Assembly (NCBI RefSeq): GCF_036588685.1
Contig: NC_086375.1
Location: 69,502,001 to 69,566,000 of the forward strand
Length of the DNA: 64,000 bases
Reading direction: 5' to 3'
DNA from: Mytilus trossulus
Taxonomy: Eukaryota
Part shown: positions 50,346-64,000 of the stretch, in pieces
Numbering within the stretch: position 1 is the first letter of the stretch
Layout of the letters: the number at the start of each line of letters is the position of its first letter
Translations under genes and position numbers: made by a program
Notes under the pieces: generated by a model
What the model saw: only the letters and a program-made list of their open reading frames with translations
What the model was told of the DNA's origin: nothing
Databases searched by the model: none

Positions 50346-52919
50346 ATTCTTACAAATTAGGTGAACAACCGAAATAGACATAATATGTGTTGTGGTCACA
50401 AATTGGATCAAACGGCTAAAACTCTGTAAACATTCATGGCAGGCAAACAACACAACTGAACTAAAAATTCAAACATACTAACAATTCAATCAACAAAGAA
50501 ACCAATAAAAAAGACTTTGCAGTAGATAACAGTGAGTAAAGGCATATAATTCTTTAAACACTTACCCGATAAAGTACAATATAAGAAAGATATAAGGGTA
50601 TTCAAATTGAAAACAACACAATGAAAACTCTATGTGTATGAATCGCATTTATGGTCCCATTACCAAAAAAACGCCAAAAGCCCTAAAACTGAAAGCTAGA
50701 TGTACATTTAGCGAATTATGTCAAAAGTAATAACGACAAATCATAATAATAGCACAAATGCAAATAAAGGTAAAACTGTAAAGCAGATACTATTCTATAT
50801 GAAGTCAGCACCTAGAATCAAAAACCCAGACCATCCTGTATTATTTGTGTTGTAGACCCTGATTATTTATCTAAATGATTTTGGTATTTTTCAGAGAACT
50901 TTTTGAGGAAAAAGAGAAAACGATCTTTTACAAAACCCTCGCTCATTGATTTTTTCGTCAGGCACTGATGTCGATTTACATATTCTGAGTAACAGCTTCA
51001 AACTCCCGACTACGTTTTCATTTGGTAAACTGTATATTCCATACACGGATGATTTTGATAAATTGCTGCTAAGGTGAAGAAAATTTATAATTTCAAAATT
51101 GAAATCATTCGTATGCCATATACAAAGGTATTGATATGGCCGCTGGTGTCAAACTCCGGGGAAATGTATAGAAAAAAACCAGAGAAAGCTTCATATGTGG
51201 TGTTTGTAATCTCTTGTTCAGGACTATTAATGGGTCCTAATCAGTAAAGTTTATATAGTTCTTGCAAATAACATCTTAAGTTTAACTTTATGTTAATTTA
51301 AAGGATGTAGTTTCTTTCCTCTTTCCTCAAAATGTAGGAATAGCCAGAAGACACTAGCACAGTGTATGTAAATAATATTCAAAAGCAACGATTTGAATTC
51401 ATAGGTATAAATAAATGCACAAGTAATTCCAATTATTTACAATAATATATACAAGTAAATAATATCATTTAAAATATCAATGTTTAATCATTCTTCAAAT
51501 GAAAGCACTAAATTTTGATTTACATTAAACAAAGCACCAAAGGTATACTAAATTGACATTATGCATAAGGTAAAATCACAAAAAAACTGAACTCAGAGGG
51601 AAAATCAATTTGGAAAGTCCATAATCAAATAATCAAATAACAAAACGCAACAAAAACGAATGGACAGAAACTGTCATATTCCTGACTTGGTACAGGCATT
51701 TTCAAATGTAGAAAAAATGGTGGATTAAACCTGGTTCTATAGCGCTAACCCTCTCACTTTAATAACAGTCTCATCAAATTGGCACTCACAAAGTAATATA
51801 TAATCAAAGTTCAGTCATTTGGCTTTGTTTAATCTATCAGGCCAATTTATACACTTATCTTTGATAATTAAGTACTTTTGACATTAAAATGATTTTTAAA
51901 AATAATGAAAATAATAAATTCTTTAAGGCTGAAGTTGAAAGTGTGGGTAACTATTGGTTTTCTTTTTAAATACGTTTTTTCAGACTTTCCTGACTTTTAA
52001 ATGCGTTACTACTTTTTCTTTCATTTTATCTTTATTTTTCCAAAATGTAGGAATAGCCAGATGACACCCTTTCCTCTACGTTAATTGTGGTTTTCTAAGT
52101 ATACTCCCTACAAAATGTGTCATATTTTCATAACCTTTTGTTTGACAACCAGCTCAGTTACCTATCAGTTTTATCATATTTTAAAACAGTATCACATATT
52201 CACAACACTTTAGCAAAGTATAAAACAATCTATCATTTATAATGTATACTTCCATACTACCTTCAGCTTCTCCTGTAGCAGTTTTTTTTTGTATACGCAT
52301 ACGAAATAATAAGCGGGTTTTCAATTGTATGTTATCGAACAAGGAAGGTTTACAGTTGTGGACGGTAGACTCATAGAATATGTAAGACAAGTTCAATTTC
52401 CGTTTTGTTATCGACATATGCATGGTATTAATAAAGTCAGTTGAGGAATGTTTTTTTCTCTGTAACCTGATATTGTGGTTAGACCTTGAGGATATGCTGT
52501 TTGGTGTCGTTTAATCCTTGCATGAACTTATACATCAGAGGTTCCTTACAAATCGGGGTTAATTTTTATAAATTACTGTGTGATGCGTTTTCAGATTCGC
52601 CCCTCCTGTACTTCCTATTAACTAGGTACTTATATTTTGTATATCATAATAGCCATGTATGAAATATCGTCGCAATTGTGTTTCTTCGTGTGAATATGCC
52701 AAACGGTTTCTCATCAGCTTCTCGTTTACTTAATACTCTACGCAGAGGTATCATCATTGCTTAGACGTTAATAGCTATATTGGGTAAGTCTGAAGACGCG
52801 GTAATAATGTGTTCGCTTGTAAAAAACACGTCCTGTTTGTCTTACAAATGGAATACCAAGTTTTGGATATGAATAGTTGAAAAAGTTGACATATTTTTCC
52901 AGTGTTGGAATGCTTTTAA

Positions 52920-53128
52920 GGTGTTAGACCTAGGTTAAGGGAAATAACTCTTAATATCATCAGTACGTTTGTGTCAGCCATTTTCATAAATACGTTCTAA
53001 GCTTCTAGGATACATAGGTTATTTTCAATCTGTTACAGGTAAATGCTTAAAATACATTAATAGAACTTGACTATTACAAACGCATCACTGAATCAAAGAG
53101 TAATCTCCGTGGACCAAGGTCTACCCCC
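52920..53128. mobile_element. Small TTAA-flanked MITE (Kolobok-like termini)
   Basis: TTAA|GGTGTTAGACC ... GGTCTACCCCC|TTAA. Confidence 0.55.
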
Positions 53129-54107
53129 TTAATTGCACAAATGTAGTATGTAGACTACCTGTTACAACGAATTCACCTTAAAGTGCCATGGGCTACCTGA
53201 ACTAGAAAAAGTGAGGTGATATAAACAATACAAAATATATAGTTATAATGAAAACATATGTATAAGCCGTCGCTGGTATGTGATGTATTTGTACATTTAC
53301 TTTGTTTATATGACCTTTGAATTATTTTCCCTTGCAGCAAGAGACATCAAACTGATTGCATGATACGATAGTTACGTTTTTATGAACAACCTTTCAAACT
53401 AGTTGTAAAATAATTTTTTCTTGCTTGACTGCCGAAAATTGTTATTTGCAAACTGAATGTTTACGGTAAATCCATAGTATGCTTGGTGATATAGTCTAAT
53501 GGAGCGAGTTAAACTAACGAATTGCGCATGGCAGATGCAACCGTTAAATATAAATTCTTTTAACTTCTGTTGTCAACTAAACTGTCTTTTTGGTAAATCT
53601 TGAAAACGGACTGGCTAAAGAAATCTCCAGGTACTGTATTATTTTTTTAATTCACTTCTTTAATGGACGATATTGCTACTTGAATTGCATGAATCAATTA
53701 GTGTTTTTTTATTATATATATGATATATTAACATATGTTCTAATATGTTGAAGATTACAAGATTGCACGTCAAATACTAGGTCGAATAAGAAATCTGAAT
53801 ATATTAAGTTAACCATAGTTTTTAAAATTGTGTACTGTCGTTCAATAGTAATAACACGTTATAATTAAATGCGTCCAATACTCTTTTCTGGATTTACCTT
53901 CATTAAAAAATCTCAAAGCCGATTTTTTGAAAGCTGAGCAAGTATAAGAACAAAACATTTGAAGGGCTCTATGATAAAAAAAAAATCTGGTGCATAATTA
54001 TTTTGAAGCTTGTCTTTTTGCGTTATGAATATTTTATTACAGTATCATTATGCAATCAAAAACTAGAAACATAGAATGAGTAAACACTTTATAATTGTTT
54101 GTTTAGG

Positions 54108-54183
54108 ATGTTGAGGAACTTCATATTCGTTTGGCTGTTCTATGTTGTCGCAGCAGTACACGTGGGACCTCAAAATAACACAG
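54108..54183 (+). CDS. Candidate first coding exon of a secreted or membrane protein (signal peptide)
   Basis: TGTTTGTTTAG acceptor, then ATG: MLRNFIFVWLFYVVAAVHVGPQNNT, then a phase-1 GTAAT donor. Downstream exons were not identified. Confidence 0.4.
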
Positions 54184-55344
54184 GTAATATTAGTATACTC
54201 CTAAGAACCCGAAACACAGGAAAATGGTACGAATCAATAAATTACCTTTAAACATGTAATCGTATTTTGAAAATTTGTGCCACTTAACAAAAAGCGTATG
54301 ATGAAAATAACTTTTAATTTGAAATATTTAACTAGATGCGACAATCCTGTTCAAAATTTGGTCTCCAATTATATGCATAAAAAATGCATTATATGATGAT
54401 TAACAGTGTGTGCATGAACGGAATGTAAAATACAAAGATTGTATTGTCATTTATCGTGTTATTGCTGATATCATAGATCCCTGGGATTTAGATTTGTTTA
54501 AGAACGCACCGGGAATTATATGGAAGATAACTTGTAGTAATATATCTTTACCAGAGGTTTTTTTATTCGTTTTCATTCGTACAGTAAAACTCATGGTTAA
54601 TAAGGCGTCCGCTTTGTAGGATGTATAATTACGCTGCAACTTCAAGTCGGAATTTGGGAAGTCAAAAACTATCCAATATCGTATGCATGGAATCGATGCA
54701 TGAGTATAACGCTCTCTGCGCATTTAAGGTCCTATGAATAAGTTTACAAATGGCCGAAAGATTGTCTAGATTTTTTTTTCAAGGCAAAGGTTTGGCATTT
54801 AATCAAATCATTCATTTTCCATTGGCAGTCGAAAACTCTCAAGGCCTGCCAATTGGATTGGTTGTTATGTTATTACCGACACGAATATGCTATCAAGTGT
54901 AACGATTTTCTTTATGCAGTGATGCTTTTACTTTAATTATCATCCGTAAACAATTATCGGCATCTTACATACAACCAGAATAACATGCACTTTAAAGTCA
55001 GATAAAAAATACTGAATATAAAGGTATATTGATCAGATAACATAAATTGTATTTATGTAAAATACTGATTTAAAATTTAAAAACCATGACTTCAATCAAG
55101 TAAATATAAACTAACATATGAAAATTTTACACTGTAACCACCCACATACAATATTATATATTGTTTTATTTTAGACGTATGTATCGATATTCATTTTATT
55201 TATCCAAACATACAGATAAAAACCTATAGAATTATTAAACGATTAACAAACAGTTCATTTTCAGAAGTGGAACATAAAAATTATACTTTATGTCAAAAGT
55301 ACAATCAGGCATCATTAACTTCGGAAACGAAACGTTCACCAACA

Positions 55345-58300
55345 CTGGCTTGTAAACACTCATCAAATATAACTGATTTAACATTTGCCCAGCCAGACGC
55401 GCGTTTAGTTAACAAGAGGCTCACCAATGGCACTAAACATATACCAACAGTTGGAAAGCCAAATCTTAGACGAAGTTGAGCATTTAAAATAGAAAAATCT
55501 TTAAAAATTGTGCCAAATATGGCTTAGGCATTTAAGGCATTGGAAAGACACCTTAGTACTATTTGATCATTTTATAATCAATATTTTAACATAAATTTAA
55601 ATAATAATGATATTTACTGTCAACACAAAAAGGTCTTACAACTTGTTTGGTTAAACTCTCCCTGACAAAAAGGTCTTACTACTTGTTTGGTTAAACTCTC
55701 CCTGACAAAAAGGTCTTACTACTTGTTTGGTTAAACTCTCCCTGAAAAAAGTTATTACTACTTGTTTGGTTAAACTCTCCCTGACAAAAAGTTCTTACTA
55801 CTTGTTTGGTTAAACTCTCCCTGACAAAAAGTTCTTACTACTTGTTTGGTTAAACTCTCCCTGACAAAAAGGTCTTACTACTTGTTTGGTTAAACTCTCC
55901 CTGACAAAATATTCCTACTACTTGTTTGGTTAAACTCCCCCTGAAAAAAGTTATTACTACTTGTTTGGTTAAACTCTCCCTGACAAAAAGTTCTTACTAC
56001 TTGTTTGGTTAAACTCTCCCTGACAAAAAGTTCTTACTACTTGTTTGGTTAAACTCTCCCTGACAAAAAGTTCTTACTACTTGTTTGGTTAAACTCTCCC
56101 TGACAAAAAGTTCTTACTACTTGTTTGGTCAAACTCTCCCTGACAAAATATTCCTACTACTTGTTTGGTTAAGCTCTGCCTGACAAAAAGTTCTTACTAC
56201 TTGTTTGGTTAAACTCTCCCTGAAAAAAGTTATTACTACTTGTTTGGTTAAACTCTCCCTGACAAAAAGGTCTTACTACTTGTTTGGTTAAACTCTCCCT
56301 GAAAAAAGTTATTACTACTTGTTTGGTTAAGCTCTGCCTGACAAAAAGTTCTTACTACTTGTTTGCTCTGCCTGACAAAAAGTTCTTACTACTTGTTTGG
56401 TTAAACTCTCCCTGAAAAAAGTTATTACTACTTGTTTGGTTAAACTCTCCCTGACAAAATGTTCTTACTACTTGTTTGGTTAAACTCTCCCTGACAAAAA
56501 GGTCTTACTACTTGTTTGGTTAAACTCTCCCTGGCAAACGTTCTTACTACTTGTTTGGTCAAACTCTCCCTGACAAAATATTCCTACTACTTGTTTGGTT
56601 AAGCTCTGCCTGACAAAAAGTTCTTACTACTTGTTTGGTTAAACTCTCCCTGAAAAAAGTTATTACTACTTGTTTGGTTAAACTCTCCCTGACAAAAAGT
56701 TCTTACTACTTGTTTGGTTAAACTCTCCCTGACAAAAAGGTCTTACTACTTGTTTGATTAAACTCTCCCTGACAAAAAGGTCTTACTACTTGTTTTGTTA
56801 AACTCTCCTTGACAAAAGTTCTTACTACTTGTTTGGTTAAACTCTCCCTGACAAAAAGGTCTTACTACTTGTTTGGTTAAACTCTCCCTGACAAAAAGGT
56901 CTTACTACTTGTTTGGTTAAACTCTCCCTGACAAAAAGGTCTTACTACTTGTTTGGTTAAACTCTCCCTGACAAAAAGGTCTTACTACTTGTTTGGTTAA
57001 ACTCTCCCTGACAAAAGTTCTTACTACTTGTTTGGTTAAACTCTCCCTGACAAAAAGGTCTTACTACTTGTTTGGTTAAACTCTCCCTGACAAAATGTTC
57101 CTACTACTTGTTTGGTTAAACTCTCCCTGACAAAAAGGTCTTACTACTTGTTTGGTTAAACTCTCCCTGACAAAAAGGTCTTACTACTTGTTTGGTTAAA
57201 CTCTCCCTGACAAAAAGGTCTTACTACTTGTCTGGTTAAACTCTCCCTGACAAAAAGGTCTTACTACTTTTTCGGTTAAACTCTCCCTGACAAAAAGGTC
57301 TTACTACTTGTTTGGTTAAACTCTCCCTGACAAAAAGGTCTTACTACTTGTTTGGTTAAACTCTCCCTGACAAAAAGGTCTTACTACTTGTTTGGTTAAA
57401 CTCTCCCTGACAAAAAGGTCTTACTACTTGTTTGGTTAAACTCTCCCTGACAAAATATTCCTACTACTTGTTTGGTTAAGCTCTGCCTGACAAAAAGTTC
57501 TTACTACTTGTTTGGTTAAACTCTCCCTGAAAAAAGTTATTACTACTTTTTCGGTTAAACTCTCCCTGACAAAAAAGTTCTTACTACTTGTTTGGTTAAC
57601 TCTCCCTGACAAAAAGTTCTACTACTTGTTTGGTTAAACTCTCCCTGATAAAATGTTCCTACTACTTGTTTGATTAAACTCTCCCTGGCAAACGTTCTTA
57701 CTACTTGCTTGTTTAAACTCTCCCTGACAAAAAGTTATTACTACTTGTTTGGTTAAACTCTCCCTGACAAAAAGTTCTTACTACTTGTTTGCTTAAACTC
57801 TCCCTGACAAAAATTTCTTACTTCTTGTTTGGTTAAACTCTCCCTGACAAAAAGTTCTACTACTTGTTTGGTTAAACTCTCCCTGACAAAATGTTCTTAC
57901 TACTTGTTTGGTTTAATTCTCCCTGACAAAAAGTTCTTACTACTTGTTTGGTTAAACTCTCCCTGACAAAAAGTACTTACTACTTGTTTGGTTAAACTCT
58001 CCCTGACAAAAAGTTCTTACTACTTGTTTGGTTAAACTCTCCCTGACAAAAAGGTCTTACTACTTGTTTGGTTAAACTCTCCCTGGCAAACGTTCTTACT
58101 ACTTGTTTGTTTAAACTCTCCCTGACAAAAAGTTCTTACTACTTGTTTGGTTAAACTCTCCCTGACAAAAAGGTCTTACTACTTGTTTGGTTAAACTCTC
58201 CCTGACAAAAAGGTCTTACTACTTGTTTGGTCAAACGCTCCCTGACAAAATGTTCCTACTACTTGTTTGGTTAAACTCTCCCTGGCAAACGTTCTTACTA

Positions 58301-61300
58301 CTTGTTTGTTTAAACTCTCCCTGACAAAAAGTTATTACTACTTGTTTGGTTAAACTCTCCCTGACAAAAAGTTCTTACTACTTGTTTGCTTAAACTCTCC
58401 CTGACAAAAATTTCTTACTTCTTGTTTGGTTAAACTCTCCCTGACAAAAAGTTCTACTACTTGTTTGGTTAAACTCTCCCTGACAAAAAGTTCTTACTAC
58501 TTGTTTGGTTTAATTCTCCCTGACAAAAAGTTCTTACTACTTGTTTGGTTAAACTCTCCCTGACAAAAAGTACTTACTACTTGTTTGGTTAAACTCTCCC
58601 TGACAAAAAAATCTTACTACTTGTTTGGTTAAACTCTCCCTGACAAAAAGGTCTTACTACTTGTTTGGTTAAACTCTCCCTGACAAAAAGGTCTTACTAC
58701 TTGTTTGGTCAAACGCTCCCTGACAAAATGTTCCTACTACTTGTTTGGTTAAACTCTCCCTGGCAAACGTTCTTACTACTTGTTTGTTTAAACTCTCCCT
58801 GACAAAAAGTTATTACTACTTGTTTGGTTAAACTCTCCCTGAAAAAAAAGTTCTTACTACTAGTTTGGTTAAACTCTCCCTGACAAAAAGTTCTTACTAC
58901 TTGTTTTGTTAAACTCTCCTTGACAAAAGTTCTTACTACTTGTTTGGTTAAACTCTCCCTGACAAAAAGGTCTTACTACTTGTTTGGTTAAACTCTCCCT
59001 GACAAAAAGTTATTACTACTTGTTTGGTTAAGCTCTCCCTGACAAAAAGGTCTTACTACTTGTTTGGTTAAACTCTCCCTGACAAAAAGTTCTTACTACT
59101 TGTTTGGTTAAACTCTCCCTGACAAAAAAATTCTTACTACTTGTTTGGTTAAACTCTCCCTGACAAAAAGTTCTTACTACTTGTTTGGTTAAACTCTCCC
59201 TGACAAAAAGGTCTTACTACTTGTTTGGTTAAACTCTCCCTGATAAAATGTTCCTACTACTTGTTGGACTTAACTCTCCCTGGCAAAAGTTCTTACTACT
59301 TGTTTGGTTAAACTCTCCCTGACAAAAAGTTCTTACTACTTGTTTGGTTAAACTCTCCCTGATAAAATGTTCCTACTACTTGTTTGGTTAAACTCTACCT
59401 GACAAAAAAATTCTTACTAATTGTTTGGTTAAACTCTCCCTGACAAAAAGTTATTACTACTTGTTTGGTTAAACTCTCCCTGACAAAAAGGTCTTACTAC
59501 TTGTTTGGTTAAACTCTCCCTGATAAAATGTTCCTACTACTTGTTTGGTTAAACTCTCCCTGACAAAAAGTTCTTACTACTTGTTTGGTTAAACTCTCCC
59601 TGACAAAAAGTTCTTACTACTTGTTTGGTTAAACTCTCCCTGGCAAACGTTCTTACTACTTGTTTGTTTAAACTCTCCCTGACAAAAAGGTCTTACTACT
59701 TGTTTGGTTAAACTCTCCCTGACAAAAAGGTCTTACTACTTGTTTGGTTAAACTCTCCCTGATAAAATGTTCCTACTACTTGTTTGGTTAAACTCTCCCT
59801 GACAAAAAGTTATTACTACTTGTTTGGTTTAATTCTCCCTGACAAAAAGTTCTTACTACTTGTTTGGTTAAACTCTCCCTGACAAAAAGTACTTACTACT
59901 TGTTTGGTTAAACTCTCCCTGACAAAAAGGTCTTACTACTTGTTTGGTTAAACTCTCCCTGACAAAAAGGTCTTACTACTTGTTTGGTTAAACTCTCCCT
60001 GACAAAAAGGTCTTACTACTTGTTTGGTCAAACGCTCCCTGACAAAATGTTCCTACTACTTGTTTGGTTAAACTCTCCCTGGCAAACGTTCTTACTACTT
60101 GTTTGTTTAAACTCTCCCTGACAAAAAGTTATTACTACTTGTTTGGTTAAACTCTCCCTGAAAAAAAAGTTCTTACTACTAGTTTGGTTAAACTCTCCCT
60201 GACAAAAAGTTCTTACTACTTGTTTTGTTAAACTCTCCTTGACAAAAGTTCTTACTACTTGTTTGGTTAAACTCTCCCTGACAAAAAGGTCTTACTACTT
60301 GTTTGGTTAAACTCTCCCTGACAAAAAGTTATTACTACTTGTTTGGTTAAGCTCTCCCTGACAAAAAGGTCTTACTACTTGTTTGGTTAAACTCTAGCTG
60401 ACAAAAAGTTCTTACTACTTGTTTGGTTAAACTCTCCCTGACAAAAAAATTCTTACTACTTGTTTGGTTAAACTCTCCCTGACAAAAAGTTCTTACTACT
60501 TGTTTGGTTAAACTCTCCCTGACAAAAAGGTCTTACTACTTGTTTGGTTAAACTCTCCCTGATAAAATGTTCCTACTACTTGTTGGATTAAACTCTCCCT
60601 GGCAAAAGTTCTTACTTCTTGTTTGGTTAAACTCTCCCTGACAAAAAGTTCTTACTACTTGTTTGGTTAAACTCTCCCTGATAAAATGTTCCTACTACTT
60701 GTTTGGTTAAACTCTCCCTGACAAAAAGTTCTTACTACTTGTTTGGTTAAGCTCTCCCTGACAAAAAGGTCTTACTACTTGTTTGGTTAAACTATCCCTG
60801 ATAAAATGTTCCTACTACTTGTTTGGTTAAACTCTCCCTGACAAAAAGTTCTTACTACTTGTTTGGTTAAACTCTCCCTGGCAAACGTTCTTACTACTTG
60901 TTTGTTTAAACTCTCCCTGACAAAAAGGTCTTACTACTTGTTTGGTTAAACTCTCCCTGACAAAAAGGTCTTACTACTTGTTTGGTTAAACTCTCCCTGA
61001 TAAAATGTTCCTACTACTTGTTTGGTTAAACTCTCCCTGACAAAAAGGTCTTACTACTTGTTTGGTTTAATTCTCCCTGACAAAAAGTTCTTACTACTTG
61101 TTTGGTTAAACTCTCCCTGACAAAAAGTACTTACTACTTGTTTGGTTAAACTCTCCCTGACAAAAAGTTCTTACTACTTGTTTGGTTAAACTCTCCCTGA
61201 CAAAAAGGTCTTACTACTTGTTTGGTTAAACTCTCCCTGACAAAAAGGTCTTTTTACTTGTTTGGTCAAACGCTCCCTGACAAAATGTTCCTACTACTTG

Positions 61301-62985
61301 TTTGGTTAAACTCTCCCTGGCAAACGTTCTTACTACTTGTTTGTTTAAACTCTCCCTGACAAAAAGTTATTACTACTTGTTTGGTTAAACTCTCCCTGAA
61401 AAAAAAGTTCTTACTACTAGTTTGGTTAAACTCTCCCTGACAAAAAGTTCTTACTACTTGTTTTGTTAAACTCTCCTTGACAAAATGTTCTTACTACTTG
61501 TTTGGTTAAACTCTCCCTGACAAAAAGGTCTTACTACTTGTTTGGTTAAACTCTCCCTGACAAAAAGTTATTACTACTTGTTTGGTTAAGCTCTCCCTGA
61601 CAAAAAGGTCTTACTACTTGTTTGGTTAAACTCTCCCTGACAAAAAGTTCTTACTACTTGTTTGGTTAAACTCTCCCTGACAAAAAGGTCTTACTACTTG
61701 TTTGGTTAAACTCTCCCTGACAAAAAGTTATTGCTACTTGTTTGGTTAAGCTCTCCCTGACAAAAAGGTCTTACTACTTGTTTGGTTAAACTCTCCCTGA
61801 CAAAAAGTTCTTACTACTTGTTTGGTTAAACTCTCCCTGACAAAAAAATTCTTACTACTTGTTTGGTTAAACTCTCCCTGACAAAAAGTTCTTACTACTT
61901 GTTTGGTTAAACTCTCCCTGACAAAAAGGTCTTACTACTTGTTTGGTTAAACTCTCCCTGATAAAATGTTCCTACTACTTGTTTGGTTAAACTCTCCCTG
62001 ACAAAAAGGTCTTACTACTTGTTGGATTAAACTCTCCCTGGCAAAAGTTCTTACTACTTGTTTGGTTAAACTCTCCCTGACAAAAAGTTCTTACTACTTG
62101 TTTGGTTAAACTCTCCCTGACAAAAAAATTCTTACTAATTGTTTGGTTAAACTCTCCCTGACAAAAAGTTATTACTACTTGTTTGGTTAAACTCTCCCTG
62201 ACAAAAAAATTCTTACTAATTGTTTGGTTAAACTCTCCCTGACAAAAAATTCTTACTAATTGTTTGGTTAAACTCTCCCTGACATAAAGTTATTACTACT
62301 TGTTTGGTTAAACTCTCCCTGACAAAAAGGTCTTACTACTTGTTTGGTTAAACTCTCCCTGATAAAATGTTCCTACTACTTGTTTGGTTAAACTCTCCCT
62401 GACAAAAAGTTCTTACTACTTGTTTGGTTAAACTCTCCCTGACAAAAAGTTATTACTACTTGTTTGGTTAAACTCTCCCTGATAAAAAGTCCACCTACAT
62501 TGACATCGTTCCAGTCGTTGTTATTACCCATCAAAGATAACAGGTTAAAATTTGGCCAACAAATGCGCGTTTCGCTTACATAAGGCGGCTTGTCAATGGC
62601 ACTCAAATAACAACAGTTGGAAGACCGAATCATAAATTTAGCATTCAATTTTCTTTTCAAAAGGTGTGCAAAGTAAGTCTTAGGCAATCTATACCTTAGT
62701 GTTATTTCAACATTTATAAACAATAGATTTACAGAAATTCTAAATAACAATAATGATATGTCATGTTAACACAAAAGTGCTAAATACTGGGTTGGTTATA
62801 CTTTCCAGTAGCGATATCGTTCTAATGGTTGTAAACACGTATTAAAGATAGCAGGCTTAAAATGTGTTACGCCTGGCACGCGTTAGGCCTTTCAGTGGCA
62901 TTTGAGTTAAAACAGTTTGAATGCCAAAATCAAAGCAATTTAAACTGACAATTTCGAAAAGTTCTGCCAAATCATCTAAGGTAGC
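55345..62985 (-). mobile_element. Degenerate tandem retrozyme array hosting the 40-bp satellite
   Basis: Decayed hammerhead-like motifs at ~55393-55435, ~62560-62605 and ~62870-62900. The flanks match the 30013-30444 monomer in order. Confidence 0.65.
55625..62481. repeat. Tandem array of a 40-bp unit (ACAAAAAGTTCTTACTACTTGTTTGGTTAAACTCTCCCTG), ~171 copies, with higher-order structure
   Basis: Directly visible. Diagnostic variants recur at ~1.32- and ~1.24-kb spacing. Confidence 0.98.
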
Positions 62986-63549
62986 ACTACACAGTTAGGT
63001 GTGTAGTTTCGTATTTTGGCCCCTGTAGATTTTTCAAATATGAAAGCTGGTATGCAATAAAATAAATTTTGTGATAGCTGAGTACTAGAATAGCCTTCGT
63101 TTTGGGTTTATATGAACATCAAGATTATGTAATGTACGTAATATATAGGCTATTTTCTGTATAACAGTCCGTTTTTGCATGTCCATACCATACATTGGTC
63201 CGGCAATTATTGTAATGTTTTTTTCCAATTTTTTGTCGCACAAACTTTATGATTAGATATTAACAAAAAAAAAGAGTCGAAAGACACTCATTTTTTATTT
63301 GATCATTAGGAAGATTAATGTCAACAGTTTTCAAAAAGGTATCACTCAAAGGCATTGAAATTCTACTTTGATCTAAATTTTGGGGGGATATGTTCACGCC
63401 CCTTTTTTTTTTGCAATATTTGATTGTAAATAAATGTAGAATGTTGCCATTGATATACATAAAAGGAATTATTTTTACCCTTTCAACTTTTAAAAATCAA
63501 ATCTATTAAAGATGATGATTACATACATATGGACATATACAACACAACT

Positions 63550-64000
63550 AGTTTCGTCTACATAAGACTCATCAGTGACGCTCAGATCAAAACAGTTAAA
63601 AGGCCAAATAAATACAAAGTTGAAGAGCATTGAGGACCCGAAATTCAAAAAAGTTGTGCAAAATTCGGCTAAGGTAATCAACCCTGGGTGTAAGAAAATC
63701 CTTAGTTTTTCGAAAAATTCAAAGTTTTGAAAACAGGAAATTTATAAAAATTACCATATAATTGATATTCATGTCAACATCGAAGTGTTGACTACTGGGC
63801 ATGTGAAACAAACAGTGAGGTTAATGTATTAGAAATCCAGGAATCAAGGATGAGAAAAAATTTTGTGGCTCATTTTTTGTTTTATTTTCTAACTGTGGAG
63901 TGCTACCTATATATACTCGAATAATAGTTATCAAAGGTACCAGAATTATAATTTAGTACGCCAGACGCGCGTTTCGTCTACATAAGACTCATCAGTGACG
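63550..64000 (-). mobile_element. Retrozyme copies with type I hammerhead cores (63551-63583 partial; ~63957-64000 intact core)
   Basis: Reverse complement of CGTCA-CTGATGA-GTCTTATGTAGAC-GAAA-CGCGCGTCTGGCGTA, identical to the copy at 21226-21269. Confidence 0.85.

Noticed and set aside
50895-51075. Exon-like stretch (KRENDLLQNPRSLIFSSG...DKLLLR)
   Set aside because: The best acceptor leads to stops in all three frames, no family was recognised, and no partner exons were found.
55625-62481. CRISPR-like array
   Set aside because: Head-to-tail 40-bp units with no unique spacers, no cas genes, and a eukaryotic context.
62388-62750. 120-aa minus-strand ORF
   Set aside because: Runs through decayed retrozyme and satellite sequence; no coding signature.

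Overview
AT-rich eukaryotic (animal) genomic DNA with spliced genes. The repeat content (~350-bp type I hammerhead retrozymes, Naiad-type Penelope elements) points to a bivalve such as Mytilus; this is an inference. Host genes: (1) a tandem pair of single-coding-exon class A peptide-type GPCRs on the minus strand, one intact and one with a single nonsense change; (2) a 4-exon TNF-superfamily ligand (minus, 15426->10608, 301 aa), assembled here from splice sites; (3) a tandem pair of ninjurin genes (plus), one intact 2-exon gene of 127 aa and one pseudogene; (4) a possible signal-peptide exon at 54.1 kb. The TNF and ninjurin genes are head-to-head, separated by ~20 kb that is mostly nested mobile DNA. 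That block holds a Sola-like transposase relic and a multi-exon KDZ (CxC3-type) transposase relic. One KDZ intron holds a Naiad element, split by a 7.5-kb TA-TSD DNA transposon, which in turn holds an open-ORF Naiad, a MITE and a retrozyme. Near the end of the window is a 6.9-kb array of a 40-bp repeat. It appears to be a tandem amplification of one internal segment of a hammerhead-retrozyme monomer and already shows higher-order structure. No prokaryotic features or CRISPR arrays were found.
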